64,000 bases of DNA, taken from assembly GCA_964016885.1 (NCBI GenBank), contig OZ024762.1:11656001-11720000 (forward strand), in the 5' to 3' direction. The DNA is from Eledone cirrhosa. Its lineage: Eukaryota. The notes beneath the pieces are model-generated. The model searched no databases and was not told the DNA's origin. It saw only the letters and a list, made by a program, of their open reading frames with translations. Below, piece by piece: positions 26,020 through 40,726 of the stretch (positions are counted from its first letter, which is position 1; the number at the start of each line of letters is the position of its first letter). Position numbers and translations under genes: made by a program.

Positions 26020-28825
26020 TAACATACACCCAGTTCACTCTGTAAAGTGTTAGCTGGTGCCATGATAACATACAGCCAGTTCACTCTGTAAAGTGTTAGC
26101 TGGTGCCATGATAACATACAGCCAGTTCACTCTGTAAAGTGTTAGCTGGTGCCATGATAACATACACCCAGTTCACTCTGTAAAGTGTTAGCTGGTGCCA
26201 TGATAACATACAGCCAGTTCACTCTGTAAAGTGTTAGCTGGTGCCATGATAACATACAGCCAGTTCACTCTGTAAAGTGTTAGCTGGTGCCATGATAACA
26301 TACAGCCAGTTCACTCTGTAAAGTGTTAGCTGGTGCCATGATAACATACACCCAGTTCACTCTGTAAAGTGTTAGCTGGTGCCATGATAACATACAGCCA
26401 GTTCACTCTGTAAAGTGTTAGCTGGTGCCATGATAACATACAGCCAGTTCACTCTGTAAAGTGTTAGCTGGTGCAATGATAACATACAGCCAGTTCACTC
26501 TGTAAAGTGTTAGCTGGTGCCATGATAACATACAGCCAGTTCACTCTGTAAAGTGTTAGCTGGTGCCATGATAACATACAGCCAGTTCACTCTGTAAAGT
26601 GTTAGCTGGTGCCATGATAACATACAGCCAGTTCACTCTGTAAAGTGTTAGCTGGTGCCATGATAACATACACCCAGTTCACTCTGTAAAGTGTTAGCTG
26701 GTGCCATGATAACATACAGCCAGTTCACTCTGTAAAGTGTTAGCTGGTGCCATGATAACATACAGCCAGTTCACTCTGTAAAGTGTTAGCTGGTGCCATG
26801 ATAACATACAGCCAGTTCACTCTGTAAAGTGTTAGCTGGTGCCATGATAACATACAGCCAGTTCACTCTGTAAAGTGTTAGCTGGTGCCATGATAACATA
26901 CACCCAGTTCACTCTGTAAAGTGTTAGCTGGTGCCATGATAACATACAGCCAGTTCACTCTGTAAAGTGTTAGCTGGTGCCATGATAACATACAGCCAGT
27001 TCACTCTGTAAAGTGTTAGCTGGTGCCATGATAACATACAGCCAGTTCACTCTGTAAAGTGTTAGCTGGTGCCATGATAACATACAGCCAGTTCACTCTG
27101 TAAAGTGTTAGCTGGTGCCATGATAACATACAGCCAGTTCACTCTGTAAAGTGTTAGCTGGTGCCATGATAACATACAGCCAGTTCACTCTGTAAAGTGT
27201 TAGCTGGTGCCATGATAACATACAGCCAGTTCACTCTGTAAAGTGTTAGCTGGTGCCATGATAACATACAGCCAGTTCACTCTGTAAAGTGTTAGCTGGT
27301 GCCATGATAACATACAGCCAGTTCACTCTGTAAAGTGTTAGCTGGTGCCATGATAACATACACCCAGTTCACTCTGTAAAGTGTTAGCTGGTGCCATGAT
27401 AACATACAGCCAGTTCACTCTGTAAAGTGTTAGCTGGTGCCATGATAACATACAGCCAGTTCACTCTGTAAAGTGTTAGCTGGTGCCATGATAACATACA
27501 CCCAGTTCACTCTGTAAAGTGTTAGCTGGTGCCATGATAACATACAGCCAGTTCACTCTGTAAAGTGTTAGCTGGTGCCATGATAACATACAGCCAGTTC
27601 ACTCTGTAAAGTGTTGTGCTGGTGCCATGATAACATACACCCAGTTCACTCTGTAAAGTGTTAGCTGGTGCCATGATAACATACAGCCAGTTCACTCTGT
27701 AAAGTGTTAGCTGGTGCCATGATAACATACAGCCAGTTCACTCTGTAAAGTGTTAGCTGGTGCCATGATAACATACAGCCAGTTCACTCTGTAAAGTGTT
27801 AGCTGGTGCCATGATAACATACACCCAATTCACTCTGTAAAGTGTTAGCTGGTGCCATGATAACATACAGCCAGTTCACTCTGTAAAGTGTTAGCTGGTG
27901 CCATGATAACATACACCCAATTCACTCTGTAAAGTGTTAGCTGGTGCCATGATAACATACAGCCAGTTCACTCTGTAAAGTGTTAGCTGGTGCCATGATA
28001 ACATACACCCAGTTCACTCTGTAAAGTGTTAGCTGGTGCCATGATAACATACACCCAATTCACTCTGTAAAGTGTTAGCTGGTGCCATGATAACATACAG
28101 CCAGTTCACTCTGTAAAGTGTTAGCTGGTGCCATGATAACATACAGCCAGTTCACTCTGTAAAGTGTTGTGCTGGTGCCATGATAACATACAGACAGTTC
28201 ACTCTGTAAAGTGTTAGCTGGTGCCATGATAACATACAGCCAGTTCACTCTGTAAAGTGTTGTGCTGGTGCCATGATAACATACACCCAGTTCACTCTGT
28301 AAAGTGTTAGCTGGTGCCATGATAACATACAGCCAGTTCACTCTGTAAAGTGTTAGCTGGTGCCATGATAACATACAGCCAGTTCACTCTGTAAAGTGTT
28401 AGCTGGTGCCATGATAACATACACCCAGTTCACTCTGTAAAGTGTTAGCTGGTGCCATGATAACATACAGCCAGTTCACTCTGTAAAGTGTTAGCTGGTG
28501 CCATGATAACATACAGCCAGTTCACTCTGTAAAGTGTTGTGCTGGTGCCATGATAACATACAGCCAGTTCACTCTGTAAAGTGTTAGCTGGTGCCATGAT
28601 AACATACACCCAGTTCACTCTGTAAAGTGTTAGCTGGTGCCATGATAACATACAGCCAGTTCACTCTGTAAAGTGTTAGCTGGTGCCATGATAACATACA
28701 GCCAGTTCACTCTGTAAAGTGTTAGCTGGTGCCATGATAACATACACCCAGTTCACTCTGTAAAGTGTTAGCTGGTGCCATGATAACATACAGCCAGTTC
28801 ACTCTGTAAAGTGTTGTGCTGGTAC
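26020..28825. repeat. ~61 x 46-bp minisatellite (ccagttcactctgtaaagtgttagctggtgccatgataacatacas)
   Basis: 46-bp period with near-identical units; variants acagcc/acaccc and gttag/gttgtg. Confidence 0.97.
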
Positions 28826-28904
28826 TGTGATAAAATATATCCAGTATACTCTTTAAGGTGGTAGTGTTGGTACCATGGTAAAATACAAGATATGATTGAA
28901 GCCA

Positions 28905-30150
28905 ACCCTTCCATTAAAATAGCAAAGAAACTTCCTATGAGATACAACCTTGTAAGAGGCCAGCTAACCAAACATTGGCGTGAGATGAAACAATATGAGT
29001 AAACTGGGATACCCTATCATTAAAATATCTAAGGAACTTTCTGTGAGATACAACCTTGTAAGAGGCCAGCTAAATAAACATTGGTGTGAGGTGTAACAAC
29101 ATGATTAGACTAGGGCCCTCTATCATTAAAACACCCAAGAAGCCTCATATCAGATACAACCTTGTAGGAAGCTAGCTAGACCTACATAGATGAAATCCTT
29201 AAAAATAACATGATAGAACTGGGGTCCCTATCATTAAAACACCCAAGAAGCCTCCTATGAGATAGAACCTTGTAGGAAGCTAGCTAAGCCTACATAGATG
29301 TGAGCTGTAACAGTAACATGATAGAACTGGGGGCCTCTATCATTAAAACACCCAAGAAGCCTCCTATGAGATATGACCTTCTAGCTAAACCTACATAGGT
29401 GTCAGCTGTACAGAGGCACACTCCTCAAATGATGTAATCTTTATTTTATGATGTATTTTGCTGTCACATCTGAACAGAAACTTCAGATGTCAACATGATA
29501 CCTAAAGATACTAAGTGTAACAAAACACTGCATAGTTTCTCAGATATTACCATCACCACAACCACCACTACCCCTGCAGCTCAGACTTATACAAGTTTAG
29601 CTGACCTCCTATGAGGTTGCTTGGGGGTTTGAATGATAGGGGACCCATTCATAGCATGTTGCTGCAGCCCACACTTATGTAGCTTTAGCTGGCCTCCTAT
29701 GAGGTTGCTTGGGGGTTTGAATGATAGGGGACCCATTCATAGCATGTTGCTGCAGCCCACACCTATGTAGCTTTAGCTGGCCTCCTATGAGGTTGTATCT
29801 CGTAAGAGATTTCTCAGGTATTTTAATGATAGGGAGCCCCTGTCCTATCATGCTATCTTTGTTAGTGATCATACTTGTGTAGGTTTAGCTGGTCTCAAAT
29901 TGGTTGTATCTCATAGAAGTTTTCTCTTGTATTTTAATAATAGGGACCCAGTCCTATCATGTTGTTACAGTTCACACCTATGTAGCTTTAGCTGACGTCC
30001 TCCGAGAATGTATTTTTAGGAGATTTCTCGAGTGTTTTAATGATAGGGCTCCAGTACTATCAGTTCCATCTCATACCTATATAGCTGGTTTCCTATGAGG
30101 ATGTATCGCATAGGAAGTTTCTCGGCTGTTTTAATGATAGGGACCCCAGG
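28905..30150. repeat. Two oppositely oriented degenerate arrays of a ~107-bp unit (28905-29410 and 29590-30150)
   Basis: tcattaaaa recurs at ~28911, 29017, 29123, 29231, 29340; reverse-complement units follow; also at 6225-6450, 24675-24860, 43690-43790. Confidence 0.75.
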
Positions 30151-30443
30151 AATAACATGAAAAGCCACATTAAATGAAACATCTGCCTCAAGAACGTAGT
30201 GTGCCAATCAGTTTTGAAATCAGAAGCCATAACCTTATGAACAGGAGTCCAACACCCTAACCATTGGGCCTTTACCCTACATTGTGTTCTGTAGTAGTGT
30301 CTCACCTATTGAATAATAGTAGAGGGTAAGAGGTGTGTGTGTGTGAATAAGTGACTGTAGTCGTTTTTATACTTATTTTGTGGGATTTTGCACAATATTT
30401 GTGTGTGCATATAAGTGTAGCAATACATTCGTATCTATCTATA

Positions 30444-30476
<33 letters not shown>

Positions 30477-30634
30477 TGTTTCTACTTTTTGCACAAGGCC
30501 AGCAATTATCCCAGTGCATTACAGGTACTTTATTTTATCGATCCCATAAGGATGAAAGGCAAAGTTAATAGATATAATTTTATATATATATATATAAATA
30601 TATATATATATTTAGATACAATTATATATATATA

Positions 30635-30697
<63 letters not shown>

Positions 30698-30805
30698 GCT
30701 ATTAACATTTAAACTAAAGATCATCACAGCTATCTGATAGCATAGTTTGTTAAAACTATTATAGATAGCAACCCAAAGATATATATGTGTGTCTACATAC
30801 ACACA

Positions 30806-30854
<49 letters not shown>

Positions 30855-31054
30855 GTATATATATATATATATACATACACACATACATACACACACGCAA
30901 ACATATATATATTACAAATTAATGACCAGATAACAACCAAGAGACATATATCTGTGTGTGTGTGTACGCACATATATGTGTGTGTGTACGCACATACACA
31001 CACATATAAACATATATTAATATTTCAAATTAATTACCAGAAAATTACCCAAAG

Positions 31055-31094
<40 letters not shown>

Positions 31095-31291
31095 AAATAT
31101 CGCCTAAATGAATGACTAAGATATTAAGATATCAAACTATAAACATTTAAGTGTGATTAAAACAAACAGACCCCCTGGTGGAACTTTAGACATGTAGAAA
31201 ACTTGACAAACAAATACACGTGTTGAAAACCTGTTTGGTGAAACACTGAAACACGTGTCATCAAGTATGGTTTGCTCTCTCTCTCTCGCTC

Positions 31292-31364
<73 letters not shown>

Positions 31365-31546
31365 GCAAAAGTTCTATTTAAAATTGTTGGGATACAACAA
31401 GTAAATATTTTTATAACTGATATAAAGCACTCGACAAATTTTTGGAGTAGATATACGATATTAATAAACTATCCAGACAGCCTCCGAAAGTAATGGTTGT
31501 ATTTTAAAGGGTACGTCAAACCTATTTGTAAAACTGTTATATATTG

Positions 31547-31611
31547 TATTTTGTCTGATGAAGGCATACCATAATTTAATGTGGTATCCCTGAAATATGT
31601 ATAATGAAATA
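31547..31611 (+). ncRNA. Hammerhead ribozyme motif (F2)
   Basis: tattttgt-CTGATGA-aggcatacca/tggtatccct-GAAA-TATGTA-TA-atgaaata. Confidence 0.75.
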
Positions 31612-31651
31612 AATATGGTTTTATAAATATAGTTTCCATTTATTAATATCG

Positions 31652-31684
<33 letters not shown>

Positions 31685-31794
31685 CTACACATATATATAT
31701 ATATATATATATATATTCCTTATTGTAGGTCGGCTATGCTTGGCCACAGCAAAAGCTTCGATTTTACTAAGCTTACACTTATATATATATATAT

Positions 31795-32122
31795 CATCAT
31801 CATCATCATCGTACGTCCGCTTTTTCCCTGCCTGCAAGGGTGGGACGGGAACTGATTCTGGCTTGATTTCTACAGCTGGATGCCCTTCCTAACACCAACC
31901 TCATTTACAGTGAGTGCTGGGTGCTTTTTTTGCCGTGGCACCTCCACGACCACTTTACAGTGGAATGATAGGGACCCCAGTCTCTATCATCTCATTTCTA
32001 CAGCTGAGGAACAATGTGAAATAAAGTGTCTTGCTCAAGGAAACAACACATCACCCGGTCTGAGAATTGAACTCACAACCTTTCGATTGCAAGGCCAATG
32101 CTCTAACCACTAAGCCATGTGC
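31795..32122 (-). mobile_element. SINE family A, full length
   Basis: Reverse complement of 4251-4551 and 41272-41616, with (GAT)n tail. Confidence 0.87.
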
Positions 32123-32135
32123 CTCTCTCTCTCTA

Positions 32136-32181
<46 letters not shown>

Positions 32182-32254
32182 AACACATATATATATATAT
32201 GCACACACACACATATGTATGTATATATATACATATATATATATGCACACACAC

Positions 32255-32301
<47 letters not shown>

Positions 32302-32306
32302 TATGC

Positions 32307-32343
<37 letters not shown>

Positions 32344-32474
32344 TATGTATCATCATCATCATCACCGTTTTACGTCCGTTCTTCCACGCTAGCATGGGTT
32401 AGACGGGTTGTCCTGTTGTGGGCAGTGTCTGGTCATATATATACACACACATATATATATATATATATACACAC

Positions 32475-32553
<79 letters not shown>

Positions 32554-32745
32554 TATATATATATATACACACACATATATATACATACATATATATATAT
32601 ACATACATACAAATGCCGTCGGGGTTAAACTTCCTATATATAGAGAGAGAAATATTTATCTATTTTTCTTCAGAATTACCTAACACACACATATATATAT
32701 ATACATTTTGTTGTAGTGCACCTGAGCACTGTACACAATAATTTC

Positions 32746-32777
<32 letters not shown>

Positions 32778-32778
32778 T

Positions 32779-32980
32779 ATAGGAACGAGTAGGACCCCGA
32801 CGGCTGAGCTCAAGCCGTTTCGACGGCTAATTCTAGACTACCATCACCAGAATTAGCTGTCGAAACGGCTTGAGCTCAGCCGTCGGGGTCCTACTCGTTC
32901 CTATTACCCACTCTATTACCCTAAGTATTGAGTACTTCGGTGCGTTATGGTCCACCTGGTTCCTTACCACATTTCCTTCG

Positions 32981-32983
<3 letters not shown>
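32779..32983. mobile_element. Fold-back element family F3
   Basis: Arms 32779-32835 and 32848-32904; tail to 32983; (TA)n on both sides. Confidence 0.8.
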
Positions 32984-33042
<59 letters not shown>

Positions 33043-33212
33043 TCTTATCAGTCCTGAAAAATAAATATTTTCATAGCTAAGCTAATCTTATCTGACCTTG
33101 TCACCTTATCTGCCGTAACTTTAATAAGAAGTGAGACATATGGACAAGTTTATAACTTTATTGCTCAACATAGAAATAAAATGTTTTGACTTAGGGTTTA
33201 TACATGTATCTA

Positions 33213-33259
<47 letters not shown>

Positions 33260-33603
33260 ATATATGTATGTATATGTAATATGTGTGTGTGTATATGTAT
33301 ATGTATGTATATGTAATATGTGTGTGTGTGTATATATATATATGTATATGTATGTATATGTAATATATGTGTGTGTGTGTGTATATATGTGTGTGTGTGT
33401 ATATGTAATATGTGTGTGTGTATATATATATATGTATATGTATGTATATGTAATATATGTGTGTGTATATATGTATATATATATATGTATAGCCCCCACT
33501 ATAACTTCAATGGCAAAAATCTCCTGTGTATATATATATATATGTATATATATATATGTGTGTAAACATATATATATATATATATATGTAAATACACACA
33601 CAC

Positions 33604-33638
<35 letters not shown>

Positions 33639-33684
33639 CAAGAATAGTCACATGCATGAACAAGTTGTGTGTTTAACAACATTG

Positions 33685-34255
33685 AATGATGATGTTGATG
33701 ATGATGATGGTGGTGATGGTGGTGATGGTGGTGGTGGTGATGGTGATGGTGGTGATGGTGATGGTGATGGTGATGGTGATGGTGATTGTGGTGGTGACGA
33801 TGGTGGTAATGATGATGGTGATGGTGATACTGATGATGATGATGCTGGTGATGATGATGGTGGTGATGGTGATACTGGTGATGATGGTGGTGATGGTGGT
33901 GATGGTGATGATGATGGTGATTGTGATGATGGTGGTGATGGTGATGATGGTGGTGATGGTGGTGGTGGTGATGATGATGGTGATGGTGGTGATGGTGGTG
34001 ATGATGATGGTGGTGATGGTGGTGATGGTGATGATGATGGTGATTGTGGTGGTGATGATGATGGTGGTGATGGTGGTGGTGGTGGTGGTGGTGATGGTGA
34101 TGGTGGTGATACTGGTGATGATGATGGTGATGGTGGTGATGATGATGCTGGTGATGATGATGGTGGTGATGGTGATGCTGATGGTGGTGGTGATGGTGAT
34201 GGTGGTGGTGGTGGTGGTGGTGATGGTGATGATGGTGGTGGTGGTGGTGGTGATG
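33685..34255. repeat. (GAT/GGT)n trinucleotide field; similar fields at 24890-25130, 25460-25830, 42800-43330, 46275-46660
   Basis: Direct observation. Confidence 0.9.
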
Positions 34256-35037
34256 TTCACATGTGTAAACAAGTTCTTTGGTTTAAGAGACATTAACTGA
34301 GGTTGACGTTTCCAATAGATGAACAAATTCTTGAATTAAGAGATGGTGGGGGTGGGGGTGGGGGGAGAGGTGGGGGTGGCGGTGACCCCGAGTTGCCTGG
34401 CACTGTGTGGAGGACCCAGTATTGCCTGATACTGTCTGTGACACCTAAAAATCAAAAGAGGAGACAACCTAGAAAAATTTGTGATTTTCCACACACACAC
34501 ACACCCCTTCTCCCCCCCCCCCCCACCACCCTTCTTCCACCCCACCTATTCTCCACCCCACACCACTGTTATTTAGGACCTGGGGGTGGAGATGTAGATG
34601 ACGTTATTTGCTATTTAGTGTAAGTTACTTCAACATTACATAATGTCTCTGTAACAAAACTCCCTTTATCTCTCTCTTTCTCTCTCTCTCTCTCTGTCCC
34701 TCTCTTTATCTCTCTCTCTCTGTCCCTCTCTTTATCCCTCTCTCTCTCTCTCTGTCCCTCTCTTTATCCCTCTCTCTTTCTCTCTCTCTGTCCCTCTCTC
34801 TCTTTACATAATGTTTCTGTTACAAGACTCTTCATATCTCTCTGTCTCACTTTCTAACTCTCTCTGTTCAGTGAGTCATGGTGGTGGTGGTGGTACTGGT
34901 GGTACTGGTGGTGGTGGTGGTGGTGGTGGTGGTAGTGGTGGTACTGGTGGAGGAGGTTTGTAACTTCATCCTCTCCTTAGGCAATTTACTTTCCATATTA
35001 CTGGAGTCAAAAGCTACTTTTCAGCAATTCAGAGGTT

Positions 35038-35070
<33 letters not shown>

Positions 35071-35231
35071 ATGTGTGTGTGTGTGTGTTTATATTTGTGT
35101 GTGTGTGTGTTTATATTTGTGTGTGTGTGTGTTTATATTTATGTGTGTGTGTTTATACTTATGTGTGTGTGTTTATACTTATGTGTGTGTGTGTGTTTAT
35201 AGTTATATATATGTGTGTGTATATATATAAA

Positions 35232-35262
<31 letters not shown>

Positions 35263-35533
35263 GTGTCTGTGTCCCAAGGGATGGGGGCAAAATCCTTAAG
35301 AGCCATCACCCACCCACACCTTGTAAGTAAACATGACATTCAATGGAGTCTTAATAGGCCACATGCAATAAAATGAAAAGCAGATGTGTGTGTGTGTGTC
35401 TGTGTGTGTGGGTGTGTCACAGCTTTAGCCGCTGGTTAAAGCAATTAGCGGTATTTGTTTGTGTCCTGCATAAAGAATATGTCCCACTTGGAAGAACCTA
35501 GCGGTTTGTGGAAGGTCAGATATATATATATAT

Positions 35534-35578
<45 letters not shown>

Positions 35579-35673
35579 GTATGTATGTATGTATATATAT
35601 ATATATATATATATATGCATGTGTCTGTGTGTATATGTGTGCATACATATATATATGTATATCTATATATATC

Positions 35674-35737
<64 letters not shown>

Positions 35738-35795
35738 TATCTATATATGTATATCTGTGTATGTATATATGTTTATCTATATATGTATATCTGTG

Positions 35796-35879
<84 letters not shown>

Positions 35880-35922
35880 TATGTATATATATATACATAT
35901 GTATATACATATATATATCTAT

Positions 35923-35974
<52 letters not shown>

Positions 35975-36444
35975 TTATGCATACTTATGAGATTTAAATC
36001 ATTTCCATCATCATCACTATCATCAACATCATTTTACATCCATTTCTCCACACTTAGCGTGGGTTGGATAGGTTGTCACAGACCGCCCAACCTATTTTCA
36101 GATATTTTCCAATCAATTATTGAAATTTTTCTTATCATTCTATTATTTGTTCCAGTACTAAGGCGGTAGATTAGTAGAATCGGTAGAGCGTCGGACAACA
36201 TGCTTCACAGCATAGAGTTACTGCCCTTTACGTTTCGAGTTCAAATCCGGCCGAGGTTAGCTTTGCCTCTCATCCTCACGGGGGTTGATAAAATAAAGTA
36301 CCAGTAATACTTTGGAGTCGCTTTAATAGACTTTCCTCTTCTCCAAAATTGTTGGCCTTGTGTCTAAAGTAGAAACCATTAAGCTGGTGTGGGGGGCTGT
36401 GGATTAGCAGTAGTGGTGGTGTGTTGGGGAACATGCTTTGCAGC

Positions 36445-38368
36445 AGAGTTATACGGTCAACAAAATAAATTACCAGTAATACAAGCAGTCAAAATGGGGT
36501 TTGTCCGAGGGGTCTTTGGAGTAACACTACTTCATAAAATGCGTAACTTGGAGATCAGAGAGTCAATCCAGGTAGAGCTGCTACTTCTCTGAATTGAGAG
36601 ATCACAGCTCTGATACTACAGACATGTGGTTAGAATGTCTCAGGAAAGAATCTCTGGATTGTAGATCACAGCTCTGATACTACAGACATGTGGTTAGAAT
36701 GTCTCAGGAAAGAATCTTTGAATTGAGAGATCACAGCTCTGATACTACAGACATGTGGTTAGAATGTCTCAGGAAAGAATCTCTGGATTGTAGATCACAG
36801 CTCTGATACTACAGACATGTGGTTAGAATGTCTCAGGAAAGAATCTTTGAATTGAGAGATCACAGCTCTGATACGACAGACATGTGGTTAGAATGTCTCA
36901 GGAAAGAATCTCTGAATTGAGAGATCACAGCTCTGATACTACAGCCATGTGGTTAGAATGTCTCAGGAAAGAATCTCTGAATTGAGAGATCACAGCTCTG
37001 ATACTACAGACATGTGGTTAGAATGTCTCAGGAAAGAATCTCTGAATTGAGAGATCACAGCTCTGATACTACAGACATGTGGTTAGAATGTCTCAGGAAA
37101 GAATCTCTGAATTGAGAGATCACAGCTCTGATACTACAGCCATGTGGTTAGAATGTCTCAGGAAAGAATCTTTGAATTGAGAGATCACAGCTCTGATACT
37201 ACAGACATGTGGTTAGAATGTCTCAGGAAAGAATCTTTGGATTGTAGATCACAGCTCTGATACTACAGACATGTGGTTAGAATGTCTCAGGAAAGAATCT
37301 CTGAATTGAGAGATCACAGCTCTGATACTACAGACATGTGGTTAGAATGTCTCAGGAAAGAATCTCTGAATTGAGAGATCACAGCTCTGATACTACAGAC
37401 ATGTGGTTAGAATGTCTCAGGAAAGAATCTCTGAATTGAGAGATCACAGCTCTGATACTACAGACATGTGGTTAGAATGTCTCAGGAAAGAATCTCTGAA
37501 TTGAGAGATCACAGCTCTGATACTACAGATATGTGGTTAGAATGTCTCAGGAAAGAATCTCTGAATTGAGAGATCACAGCTCTGATACTACAGACATGTG
37601 GTTAGAATGTCTCAGGAAAGAATCTCTGAATTGAGAGATCACAGCTCTGATACTACAGACATGTGGTTAGAATGTCTCAGGAAAGAATCTCTGAATTGAG
37701 AGATCACAGCTCTGATACTACAGACATGTGGTTAGAATGTCTCAGGAAAGAATCTCTGAATTGAGAGATCACAGCTCTGATACTACAGCCATGTGGTTAG
37801 AATGTCTCAGGAAAGAATCTCTGAATTGAGAGATCACAGCTCTGATACTACAGACATGTGGTTAGAATGTCTCAGGAAAGAATCTCTGAATTGAGAGATC
37901 ACAGCTCTGATACTACAGACATGTGGTTAGAATGTCTCAGGAAAGAATCTCTGAATTGAGAGATCACAGCTCTGATACTACAGCCATGTGGTTAGAATGT
38001 CTCAGGAAAGAATCTCTGAATTGAGAGATCACAGCTCTGATACTACAGACATGTGGTTAGAATGTCTCAGGAAAGAATCTCTGAATTGAGAGATCACAGC
38101 TCTGATACTGCAGACATGTGGTTAGAATGTCTCAGGAAAGAATCTCTGGACAGATTTTATGGGCAAAACCAACCACTAGGAGATCCAGGGGTAGACCCTG
38201 AGCAAGATGGTTGGATAACATCCATGAGCTTGGCTGGTCTCGCTTGGGGGATCCAGCTGGATCAGTTGGAGACAGTTGCTTCTGACAGGACTCGTTGGAA
38301 GGAGTGTTTGAGGACTCTATCCCTACCATGACCCGCTCAGGAATAAGTGAGCAAAGAAGAAGAAAAAG
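36445..38368 (+). mobile_element. Same Rex3/Expander-like RTE fragment with a ~24 x 64-65-bp tandem array (36589-38148)
   Basis: IQAVKMGFVRGVFGVTLLHKMRNLEIRESIQVELLLL upstream; unit ctgaattgagagatcacagctctgatactacagacatgtggttagaatgtctcaggaaagaatct; QLETVASDRTRWKECLRTL downstream. Confidence 0.88.
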
Positions 38369-38717
38369 CACTGGCGTTGATTTAATTGACTTCTTCTCCC
38401 CTCAAAACTGTTGGCCTTATGTCTAAATCAGAAACCATTATTTGTTCCAGGAAATATGTACCAAAGGCAGGATGACTGGTGGCTTTTATTGCACAACTTC
38501 ACTTCAATGACTTAACAATATTTTATTGTCAAAAATAAGGTAATTATAAACACATTTTGTTGTTGTTGTTGGTGGTGAAGTGGGGTTGTTGAAGGTGGTG
38601 GTTGAGTGGGGTGGTGTTGTGTTTTGTTGGTGGTGGTGGTGGGAGGTGTGTGTGTGTGGGGGGGGGATAGTAGTAGGTCCTGTAGAAGTTGTATTTTACA
38701 CACACACATATATATAT

Positions 38718-38780
<63 letters not shown>

Positions 38781-39041
38781 CTTGTAAGCAGGGAAAAGTG
38801 GACGTAAAATGATATACATGTATATATATATATTTATATACATGTATATATATATACATGTGTATATATATATACATGTGTATATATATACATGTGTATA
38901 TATATATACATGTGTATATATATATACATGTGTATATATATATACATGTGTATATATATATACATGTGTATATATATATACATGTGTATATATATATACA
39001 TGCATATATGTATACACGTGTATATATATATATATATATAC

Positions 39042-39080
<39 letters not shown>

Positions 39081-39384
39081 AAAAAAGATTCAGGACCCCG
39101 ACGGCTGAGCTTTTTGCTGTTTCGACAGGTAGATCCAAACTAAGCCACCAGTATACACACACACACACACACATGTATACACACATGCATATATACACAC
39201 ATACAAATACATAGATATACAGACATACATATATACAGACACACATACACACATACATACATACATACATACATATAAATGCACATAGACACAGATACAT
39301 AGATATACAGACACACCAAATTGTATTTTTATCTCTTAAACACACATAATCCATTAGTCTCATTAATATAAAGATATGATACGT

Positions 39385-39950
39385 GTATCTTCACACACAC
39401 ATGTAGATACATAAACACACACAGACATTCTAACACTCACACACACACACACACACATGTAGATACATACACACACACACAGACATTCTAACACACTCAC
39501 ACACACACACACACACAGACATTCTAACACACTCACACACACACGTACATGTAGATGCATACACACACACACAGACATTCTAACACACTCACACACACAC
39601 GTACATGTAGATGCATACACACACACAGAGACATTCTAACACACTCACACACACACATGTAGATACATACACACACACAGAGACATTCTAACACACTCAC
39701 ACACACACACACATGTAGATACATACACACACACATTCACATTATAACACGTACACACACACATGTAGATACATACACACACACATTCACATTATAACAC
39801 GTACACACACACATGTAGATACATACACACACATTCACATCATAACACACTCCCACACACATGTAGAATACATGCACACACACACACTTGGACATTATAA
39901 CACATACACACAGACATTCTAACACACACACATGTAGATACATACACATA
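39385..39950. repeat. AC-rich compound minisatellite (catgtagatacatac...gacattctaacacactc)
   Basis: Direct observation. Confidence 0.8.
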
Positions 39951-39999
39951 CATTGTTTATAGTTGTGGTGGGGGGGGGGGGGAATGAGGGTAGCGTGAG

Positions 40000-40395
40000 G
40001 GTGGTGGTGGTGGTTACCATGGTGGAGTGGTGGGAGTGTGGGAGAGTGACATAGTGATAGTGGTGCTGGTGGTGGGGTTACCATGGTGAGGGGGTCAGGG
40101 TTGGAAGAGAGTGACATAGTGATGTTGGTGGTGGTGGGGGCGGGGTTACCACGGTGTGGTAGGAGTGGGGGAGGGTGACATAGTGATGATGGTGGTGGTG
40201 GTGGGGTTACCATGGTGTGGTAGGAGTCGGGGAGGGTGACATAGTGATGATGGTGGTGGTGGTGGTGGTGGGGTTACCATGGTGTGGTAGGAGTCGGGGA
40301 GGGTGACATAGTGATGATGGTGGTGGGGTTACCATGGTGTGGTAGGAGTCGGGGAGGGTGACATAGTGATGATGGTGGTGGTGGTGGTGGTGGGG
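40000..40395. repeat. G-rich ~55-65-bp tandem (gggttaccatggtgtggtaggagtcggggagggtgacatagtgatg)
   Basis: Direct observation. Confidence 0.8.
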
Positions 40396-40726
40396 TAGGG
40401 GGTTGGAGTCGGAAGAGATGGAATAATGGAGTCTTTGGCAGGAAACAACCAAAAGTGGCAGAAAATAGATATAAACCATTAATTGTAACTGGAGTGGAAT
40501 GGTGGGGTCGAGGGAGAGGGGTCGGAGCAGGACAGGGGATGGGGGGGGGGTATAGAGGAGAGGGGGAGAGAGAAGAGAATGAGAGGGTGAGTTCAAAGAC
40601 AAGATAGGGTGGAGAGCAAAAGGAGGGGGCTGCTGAGTAGAGCAGAGAGAGGGGGAAGAGAAACCAATGGTCAGTCTCTCTCTCTCTCTCTCTCTCACCC
40701 TCTCTCCCACTCCTATATATATATAT

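Noticed and set aside
26020-28825. 46-bp array as a CRISPR array
   Set aside because: Units are contiguous and near-identical with no unique spacers; eukaryotic context; no cas genes
31200-31266. Hammerhead-like GAAACACGTGTC (and GAAACATGTGTT at 61038)
   Set aside because: No intact CTGAnGA core or stem II; at most decayed relics
33652-34326. Gly/Asp-rich ORF resembling acidic biomineral proteins; also poly-Thr/Val/Pro/His ORFs (13602, 24856, 25380, 46192)
   Set aside because: Trinucleotide repeat fields open in several frames, with no signal peptide or exon context
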